A stretch of 64,000 nt of DNA from Calditrichia bacterium (GTDB lineage: Bacteria > Calditrichota > Calditrichia > RBG-13-44-9 > J075): contig JBOEGD010000030.1 of NCBI GenBank assembly GCA_050633245.1, forward strand, positions 32,001-96,000. Direction: 5' to 3'. Under the pieces are notes generated by a model. That model worked only from the letters and a program-made list of their open reading frames with translations. It ran no database searches and was not told the origin of the DNA. This document shows positions 57,637 through 64,000 of the stretch, piece by piece; within the stretch, counting starts at the first letter, position 1; each line of letters begins with the position of its first letter. A program made the position numbers and the translations under genes.

Positions 57637-59313
57637 TTAGCGCAAATTCAACGTCACACGACGTGTCAGCGTATCACCTTTTACAATCGTAATGCGGTCT
57701 TTTCGATTCTGTTGCGGATGTCGAAGCTCCAGCAAATATGAACCGGGTGCTAACATAAGAGGTTTTTTGAGGGGTGTAGTGCCGTACAGCTTATTATCAA
57801 TATACACATCTGCCCACGGACGAACCGAGAGCTCCAAATATCCCATATTATTATAAAACGACCAGCTTAACTCCCGTGAACTTCCCGCTTCTATAGTCAC
57901 CAAATTTACACTTGGCGGAAAGTTTGGATGTGTTAATCGAATGGAGTGCTGTCCCGCAGGTAAGCTGAGTTCCAAGTTTGATGCACGAGCCTCAACCTTT
58001 TTCTCATCAACAAATACCGAAGCCCAAGGATCAACATTCAAAATCAATTTCCCCGGCGCAACAGCTAAAACATCTTCCATCAAACTATCATTCGTTTGAA
58101 CCTCTCCACGCTCTGATTCCTCTTCAGAAAAGTCCTTTCGACTTAAACCACTGGACAAATCACTTTGTTGTTCAGGAACAATTTCGCCTAAACCCGCTTG
58201 CTCTTCCACGCCCCTTACAACACGAGAAATATCCGCGATTAGAGAATCGGACTGTATGAACGAGCTATCCACAAAGCTCTGCCCAGGATCTTCGTCAACT
58301 GAAATTTTTGCCGCAATTGACTGCTGCATCAGCACAGCGACAAAAGCCAGCAGCGTCAGTAGAGCAACACCGCCGGCAACCAGTGGCCAACGCTTTCTTC
58401 GTGCCACAACCGCAGCAATTTCTCCACTCGGTTTCAATACCCGTTGGTGTTGCTCTGCGAATTTTGACAATAGTTCGGATATTGCACCAAAGTCGCCTCT
58501 ACGCAAACCTTGCAGCGCATTCCGTGCTTCAGATGCCGAAGACCAACGTTCATCCGCGCGCTTCGCCAGCAGCTTTGTGATAAAGGCTATCTCTGTATCT
58601 GTTAGATCTTTACGTAGCTGAGCCAGAGGCTGAGGGTCTTCATTGAGAATCTTATGCAAACAAGCCGTAAAGCTCTCACCTTCAAACGCCTGCTTACCAG
58701 TAAGCAGCTCATACAAAACGCATCCAAGCGAAAATAAATCGGCGCGCCCATCAGGGTCGTCACCAGTAATTTGCTCTGGGGACATATAGGCCGGAGATCC
58801 AACCATCGCATCTTGGTGAGTCACGGTCGAGTCTCCTTCAACGCGTGCAAGCCCAAAATCCGTGACCTTTAGTTTGCCATTCATTGCGAGCAGCACATTA
58901 GCCGGCTTGATGTCTCGGTGTGTAACTCCGGCGGCATGCGCATAATTCAATGCCTGCAATATTTCATCTGCCATTTGGAAAACAACTTCGGCCTCCAGCT
59001 GACCATTCTTCTCCAAAAGCTCTTCGAGGTTTAGCCCATCGACGTATTCGAGTATAATGTAGTGATACCCTTGCTCTTCACCAAGCTTGTGCACGTCTAC
59101 AATATGAGGATGCTTTAACCTGGCACAAGCACGCGCTTCTTTCTGGAAACGCTTAACACGATCTTCCTCCCCCTCAATTCCGGGGCGCAGCAACTTCACC
59201 AATACTCTTCTTTGCAAATTGGACTGTTCGCCAATCGCGACAAGATTGTACGGACCAACATAAATTATGTTGGTCAATTGCACATCACCGATTGTTGAGA
59301 AGGGAAGATGCAT
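57637..59313 (-). CDS. Hanks-type Ser/Thr kinase with a TM helix and C-terminal PEGA-like domains
   Basis: VLVK, HRDIKPAN, DFG, GSPAYMSPE; TM segment WPLVAGG..; PWADVYIDNKLYGTTP. Confidence 0.92.
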   Translation of the reverse strand: MHLPFSTIGDVQLTNIIYVGPYNLVAIGEQSNLQRRVLVKLLRPGIEGEEDRVKRFQKEARACARLKHPHIVDVHKLGEEQGYHYIILEYVDGLNLEELLEKNGQLEAEVVFQMADEILQALNYAHAAGVTHRDIKPANVLLAMNGKLKVTDFGLARVEGDSTVTHQDAMVGSPAYMSPEQITGDDPDGRADLFSLGCVLYELLTGKQAFEGESFTACLHKILNEDPQPLAQLRKDLTDTEIAFITKLLAKRADERWSSASEARNALQGLRRGDFGAISELLSKFAEQHQRVLKPSGEIAAVVARRKRWPLVAGGVALLTLLAFVAVLMQQSIAAKISVDEDPGQSFVDSSFIQSDSLIADISRVVRGVEEQAGLGEIVPEQQSDLSSGLSRKDFSEEESERGEVQTNDSLMEDVLAVAPGKLILNVDPWASVFVDEKKVEARASNLELSLPAGQHSIRLTHPNFPPSVNLVTIEAGSSRELSWSFYNNMGYLELSVRPWADVYIDNKLYGTTPLKKPLMLAPGSYLLELRHPQQNRKDRITIVKGDTLTRRVTLNLR

Positions 59314-59314
59314 G

Positions 59315-60802
59315 TTAATCCTGAATATCCCACTCTTTAGTTTTGTAGTGCACCCAGCGGAGGGAAACGCCCATCATCTCAGCGGTATGCGTTTTATTTC
59401 CTTCGCAAGATCGCAGTGTCTTCAACAGTAAAATACGAGAGACATCGTCTAACGTCATTCCAGAATCAATCCGATCTTGCTGCTGAAGACCGCGCACAAT
59501 AACATCCGATTCCTGAATTTCTTCCCCCGAAGACAATACAACAGCACGTTCAATTGCGTTTTCCAGTTCCCGCACATTGCCGGGCCAGCCATAAGCCTGT
59601 AATGAATCCATTACATCCGATGCAAACCCATGCCTGCGTTTCCCCATAGCAGTAGCAAACTTCTTCAGGAAGTGCTCGGCAAGCAGTGGAATATCACTTT
59701 TACGCTCACGCAGCGGTGGCAATTCGATTAGAATAATGCTCAGTCGATAATACAAATCTTCACGAAAGCGACCTTCGCGCACCTCATCGGCTAAATTGCG
59801 GTTCGTTGCCGCAATAATGCGCACATCAACTTTTTTAGGGGAGGCACCGCCAATAGGCATAATCTCTTTTTCCTGTAGGAAGCGCAGTAGCTTCGCCTGA
59901 AGACTCATTGGGATTTCAGCAATTTCATCTAAAAAAAGCGTTCCGGAGTTCGCAACCTCAATTAGACCTTTTTTATCGGCATTAGCACCGGTAAAAGCTC
60001 CCTTTTTGTAACCATACAGCTCGCTTTCCAACAAGTTTTCCGGTAGCGCGGCACAGTTAACGGGAATAAAGGGTCGGTCTTTACGCATGCCATTATAGTG
60101 AACCGCGCGGGCAATCAACTCTTTTCCGGTACCCGTTTCACCAACAATTAGCACCGTTGTCGAATTGTCCAGCACCTTCTTAATAATGTCAAAAACCGGC
60201 TGCATCGACTTGCTTGAACCAACGAGCTCTTTAAACGAGTAAATGCGATTCACTTCCTCTTTCAGCACTTCGTTTTCCTGCCGAAGCGATGCCAGAAGTC
60301 TGGCATTTTCAATCGCGATTCCTGCCTGGTTTGCAAACGCGGCCAAAAAGTCCAGGCTCTTTTGATTGAATCGCGCTTTCTGCCCACGACTGTCAATATA
60401 AATAGCGCCGATTAAAGTACCCTTTATTTCCAGTGGCACGCAGGCAATGGAACGAATTTTTTGCATCACCACCGAATGAGATTGATCAAACTGCTCATCC
60501 GTTAGTGCATCAAATGTAAGGATGGGCTTTTGAGCCTTTATCACACTTTCAATAGCCGTGCTGGAGATTTCACTGCTGTCTGCGCTCTTGCCGCTATCAT
60601 CTGTCCGCGAAGCTTTCGGAACGAGTTCTTCATCATCTCCTTCTTTCAACAACACAAACCCGCGTTCTGCCGAAAGCTGCTTAATGGCAATCTCAAGAAT
60701 GCGCGACAAGAGCGATTCCAGGTTCTGAATGGAATTAATCTCGGCACTCACTTCCACAAGTGCGGATAGATACTGTTCAGGAATGTTCAGAGCATTACTC
60801 AT
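59315..60802 (-). CDS. Sigma54-dependent enhancer-binding protein (GAF-AAA+-HTH)
   Basis: GAF domain, GETGTGKE, GAFTGA, LFLDEI, WPGNVREL, Fis-type HTH. Confidence 0.93.
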   Translation of the reverse strand: MSNALNIPEQYLSALVEVSAEINSIQNLESLLSRILEIAIKQLSAERGFVLLKEGDDEELVPKASRTDDSGKSADSSEISSTAIESVIKAQKPILTFDALTDEQFDQSHSVVMQKIRSIACVPLEIKGTLIGAIYIDSRGQKARFNQKSLDFLAAFANQAGIAIENARLLASLRQENEVLKEEVNRIYSFKELVGSSKSMQPVFDIIKKVLDNSTTVLIVGETGTGKELIARAVHYNGMRKDRPFIPVNCAALPENLLESELYGYKKGAFTGANADKKGLIEVANSGTLFLDEIAEIPMSLQAKLLRFLQEKEIMPIGGASPKKVDVRIIAATNRNLADEVREGRFREDLYYRLSIILIELPPLRERKSDIPLLAEHFLKKFATAMGKRRHGFASDVMDSLQAYGWPGNVRELENAIERAVVLSSGEEIQESDVIVRGLQQQDRIDSGMTLDDVSRILLLKTLRSCEGNKTHTAEMMGVSLRWVHYKTKEWDIQD

Positions 60803-60824
60803 ACAGCCTCTGCTTTCTATATAC

Positions 60825-61796
60825 TTAGTTTGAAATGATCAGGAAGCGTTCGCGAGAGCGGCTGCGATTGCCAATATTATCTTCTACCCCGATTGTCCAC
60901 TCGTAGCGGCCGTTTTGTAGTGCAGGAAGAGAATCCGGCCAAACAAGTTCCAGAGTTGAAGGCGAGATGTCTCTTGCGGTAAACCGCTCCACTGGAATCC
61001 CAAGATTCAACCGCACAACCTCCAGTGTAAAGCTATAGCTGAAGCCGGCAGAAAAGTTGTGCCATCTGAATAGTGGGCGTGCACTTGCGGTATCGGATTG
61101 TGCCGGAGCCAGAGCCAACGGAATATCGTTTATGATTCGTCGTAGAAAAAATGGCCCTGAAGTTACTCGACTTCCGGGAATATCGGTAAGTGTAAAAAAG
61201 GCATTCTTTTCAACAAGCGGTATCAGGCTAAGGCTAAATGCAGGATCAGTATCAGGAATGATCAGCTCAAACTGATTTGGCGCAACGCGATTCGCCGCAC
61301 GGCGGAATGGTATATCGGGGATTTCAATAATCAAGCTATCCAAATCAAAGTCGCCATCTGAGTCCTCTGCATTTAATGTGATAACCGCTTCCACAAAACG
61401 TCCCGGAATTGTGGTGTCGACATTTCGACTGGTATAGCTAAAGCTGCGGACCTCAGGCAGTCCATTCAGCACAAAGTTTCGATTCGAGATATTACCATTT
61501 GCCGGTAGATCCACGATAAGCGTATCAGCCTCAAATAATGGACGTTCTGCAATTGCGCGATACTGTCCCGGTGGAATACCGGTAAACTCGAAACGCCCAT
61601 CGGCATCGGTGAATACAAAGCGATCGAGCGGCTGCAGCGTAACCTTAACTCCGGAAAGCGGATCGCGAGGTTGATAAAAGGAAAATGCCCAACCCTCAAT
61701 ACTACCACTGGAAACACTGTCCAGTGGGTTTTCGCGAGGCGCATCAGGAACGCAACCAGCTGTAAGGAAAAATAATGTTAGCAGTATCCGTTTCAT
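60825..61796 (-). CDS. Lipoprotein with a carboxypeptidase-regulatory-like domain
   Basis: Lipobox TAGC, PRENPLD, TDADGRFEF..PPGQY. Confidence 0.75.
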   Translation of the reverse strand: MKRILLTLFFLTAGCVPDAPRENPLDSVSSGSIEGWAFSFYQPRDPLSGVKVTLQPLDRFVFTDADGRFEFTGIPPGQYRAIAERPLFEADTLIVDLPANGNISNRNFVLNGLPEVRSFSYTSRNVDTTIPGRFVEAVITLNAEDSDGDFDLDSLIIEIPDIPFRRAANRVAPNQFELIIPDTDPAFSLSLIPLVEKNAFFTLTDIPGSRVTSGPFFLRRIINDIPLALAPAQSDTASARPLFRWHNFSAGFSYSFTLEVVRLNLGIPVERFTARDISPSTLELVWPDSLPALQNGRYEWTIGVEDNIGNRSRSRERFLIISN

Positions 61797-61860
61797 TTTT
61801 TCCAGTAACTCGGTGATCGATGATGAGTTTGCTCAACTATCAGGTTAAACCATCGCTTTG

Positions 61861-61883
61861 GCTTCGACTCCGCTCAGCCTGAC
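61861..61883. repeat. Short REP-like element (CTTCGACTCCGCTCAG type)
   Basis: GCTTCGACTCCGCTCAGCCTGAC; degenerate relative near 29366 (CTTCGACAAGATTTAGCCT). Confidence 0.4.
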
Positions 61884-61904
61884 GCGAGTTAACGTCTTGC
61901 GCCG

Positions 61905-63212
61905 CTAAACCACATAGTTCTCGAGCGCATCTTTGTACGTTTTCAATACTCGCTCACGAGCAAATTTATGTTCTACAATCGCATTGGGATACTCTAACGA
62001 ATTAAGCTCTGGTACCCACTTTTTTATATACTTCAACTCTGAGTCAAACTTTTTAACCTGTGTGTACGGATTAAATACTCGAAAATAAGGTGCAGCATCA
62101 CATCCACAACCTGCAGACCATTGCCAGTTTCCATTATTAGCAGACAGCTCAAAATCCAGCAGCTTACGAGCAAAATATGCTTCGCCCCAACGCCAATCGA
62201 TTAACAAATGCTTCACGAGAAAACTTGCTGTAATCATACGAACGCGATTGTGCATAAATCCGGTGGTATTGAGTTCACGCATCCCGGCATCGACAATCGG
62301 ATAGCCCGTTTTACCATCGCACCACGCCTGAAATTCCCGCTCATTATTACGCCAGGGAATATCACTGTATTTTTTCTTAAACGGACTCCCAACGACATAA
62401 GGAAAATTCCAAAGAATCATCATAAAGAATTCACGCCAAATCAACTCATCCAGCCAGGTTTCGTTTAACTCCAGCGCTCGGCGAACCAGACGACGAATGC
62501 TTATCGTACCAAATCGCAGGTGAACACTCAAGCGCGTTGTACCATCTACGCTCGGAATATCTCTGGTATCGTGATAGCTCTGTACCAGCTCTTCACGAAG
62601 TTCAGCTGAAGGAAATTCCTGTCCTGCCGCTGCAAAGCCAAGTGACTCGAGGCTTGGTATTTCAAACGCAGTCGTCGACAGAAAGTTTTCCACCTCTTCC
62701 GATGGATGAGAGCGAATATGCTCTCCCATCAGGAAGCTGCGCCATTTATTCTTGAACGGTGTATAAACAGTGTATGGTGTTTCCTGCGCAGTCAAAATCT
62801 CCGTCTTTTCAAAAATTACCTGATCTTTGAAGGTGCGGAATTCAATTCCTTTTTCACGAAGCATCGCTTCAACAGCCTCATCACGAGAACGAGCGTAGGG
62901 TTCGTAATCGTGATTCGTATATACCGATGCAATTTCGAACTCATTCATAAGCTGCTGCCAGACTTCAATCGGCTTGCCATGGGCAACTAACAACGAACTC
63001 CCTTTTTCCTTGAGAGACCGATTGATTTCGCTAAGATGATGATGGATGAATTCGACACGACGATCATCTCGATCCTCTAACTTCTCCAGAATCGTCGAAT
63101 CGAAGATAAAAAGTGGTAATACGGGCAGCTCGCCCTTCAATGCAGCATGTAGTCCAACGTTATCTTCAAGACGAAGATCACGTCGAAACCAGAAAACGGC
63201 TATTTTTGACAT
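61905..63212 (-). CDS. phrB: Deoxyribodipyrimidine photolyase (class I CPD)
   Basis: WFRRDLRLEDN, ELIWREF, GFMHNRVRM, PYFRVFNP. Confidence 0.93.
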   Translation of the reverse strand: MSKIAVFWFRRDLRLEDNVGLHAALKGELPVLPLFIFDSTILEKLEDRDDRRVEFIHHHLSEINRSLKEKGSSLLVAHGKPIEVWQQLMNEFEIASVYTNHDYEPYARSRDEAVEAMLREKGIEFRTFKDQVIFEKTEILTAQETPYTVYTPFKNKWRSFLMGEHIRSHPSEEVENFLSTTAFEIPSLESLGFAAAGQEFPSAELREELVQSYHDTRDIPSVDGTTRLSVHLRFGTISIRRLVRRALELNETWLDELIWREFFMMILWNFPYVVGSPFKKKYSDIPWRNNEREFQAWCDGKTGYPIVDAGMRELNTTGFMHNRVRMITASFLVKHLLIDWRWGEAYFARKLLDFELSANNGNWQWSAGCGCDAAPYFRVFNPYTQVKKFDSELKYIKKWVPELNSLEYPNAIVEHKFARERVLKTYKDALENYVV

Positions 63213-63436
63213 CTGGTACTTTCAAAATGGATTGTTTTTTGGGTTTTCGGGTATAAACAAACCGTGCAAAATTTACATGGTTAAATGTTTATAATCAAGG
63301 AGGAAGAAAAACAGGAGTCAGAGAAGAAGGTCAGAGAAGGAAAGTGAGAGGCGGTAAAAAAAGAGAAACAGTTAGGCAGTTAGACAGTTCATTCCCCCCT
63401 TCTCCAAGTCTCCCTATCTCCCCGTTCCTATTTTCA

Positions 63437-64000
63437 TCATTTCCCCAATTCTTCTAACGGTCTCAGCTTTTCTACAACAGTCTCGCTGGAAACAGCTTCC
63501 ATGAATTCATCTGCAAGTTGCTGCCCGGCAGTGGCCACAGCTTCCCAGATCCGAATGCGTTCATCCTGTTCGTAGATATAAAAATCGTTACGGTCTGTAA
63601 TCTTGCCATTTGGCAGCTTGCTCACAAACTCAGGTGATGGAGCCAACATCAGAATATTGCGCAGATTCCTTTTACGCGGTTTTCGCCAGGAGAGAAATTT
63701 ATCGAACCAACCGGGAATAATGCGCGACATAAAGTGTGGATAAAGAACAATGCCATCGCCAGTGTTAAAGTTTGCTTCTATATGATAGTCTGCGATACCA
63801 CCATCATGATATGTTCCAGCAGGCGCATCCGGGATGTCCCGAATACCAGACATCACCAATGGAATAGACCCCGATGCCGTCAGCGCTTTTAAGATATTCT
63901 CATTGGTAAGGACAACATGCTTTGTAGGCATTGGGTTCGCTAATTCAGTTGGAAAGTTACTGCTCGGATGATGAAAGAGAATACGCTCAAAAAAGGCCGA
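63437..64000 (-). CDS. C-terminal part of a patatin-like protein (runs off the window end)
   Basis: The frame stays open to 64000 (SAFFERILFHH...); ASGSIP and DGG motifs. Confidence 0.7.
   Translation of the reverse strand, partial: SAFFERILFHHPSSNFPTELANPMPTKHVVLTNENILKALTASGSIPLVMSGIRDIPDAPAGTYHDGGIADYHIEANFNTGDGIVLYPHFMSRIIPGWFDKFLSWRKPRKRNLRNILMLAPSPEFVSKLPNGKITDRNDFYIYEQDERIRIWEAVATAGQQLADEFMEAVSSETVVEKLRPLEELGK

Noticed and set aside
63300-63430. Purine-rich then pyrimidine-rich low-complexity intergenic tract
   Set aside because: Degenerate short repeats with no clear stable structure and no second copy in the window.
63437-63931. 164-aa ORF as a complete gene or pseudogene
   Set aside because: The frame is open to the window edge, so it is simply truncated by the window.

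Overview
Bacterial chromosomal window, probably Calditrichota/FCB-group (inferred from the QNYPNPFNP-type C-terminal sorting domains and a GWxTD protein). It holds about 50 CDSs, including nrdJ, xerD, serS, plsC, upp, aceA, ribA, gcvP, a photolyase, a sulfane-sulfur cluster and an SNF2 helicase. I saw no rRNA, tRNA, CRISPR array or transposase. The most interesting signals are non-coding. (1) A four-gene cassette (lipoprotein, GAF-sigma54 activator, membrane Ser/Thr kinase, TPR-like protein) lies upstream of two secreted-protein genes. Each of those genes has the same sigma54-type promoter (TGGCA-N6-TTGAT) and a tandem TGCA-N5-TGCR enhancer pair spaced 21 bp. (2) A candidate ~78-nt sRNA (38300-38377, minus strand) has a CRP/FNR-type site at -41.5, a G/U-rich seed and an intrinsic terminator. 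Its seed is perfectly complementary over 22 nt to the 5' UTR of one of the sigma54-driven genes. It is also nearly perfectly complementary to a second, separately promoted ~160-nt RNA (47460-47619), a candidate sponge. A REP-like repeat family with a fixed 101-bp doublet is also present. All function calls come from motif recognition by eye; no database searches were run.
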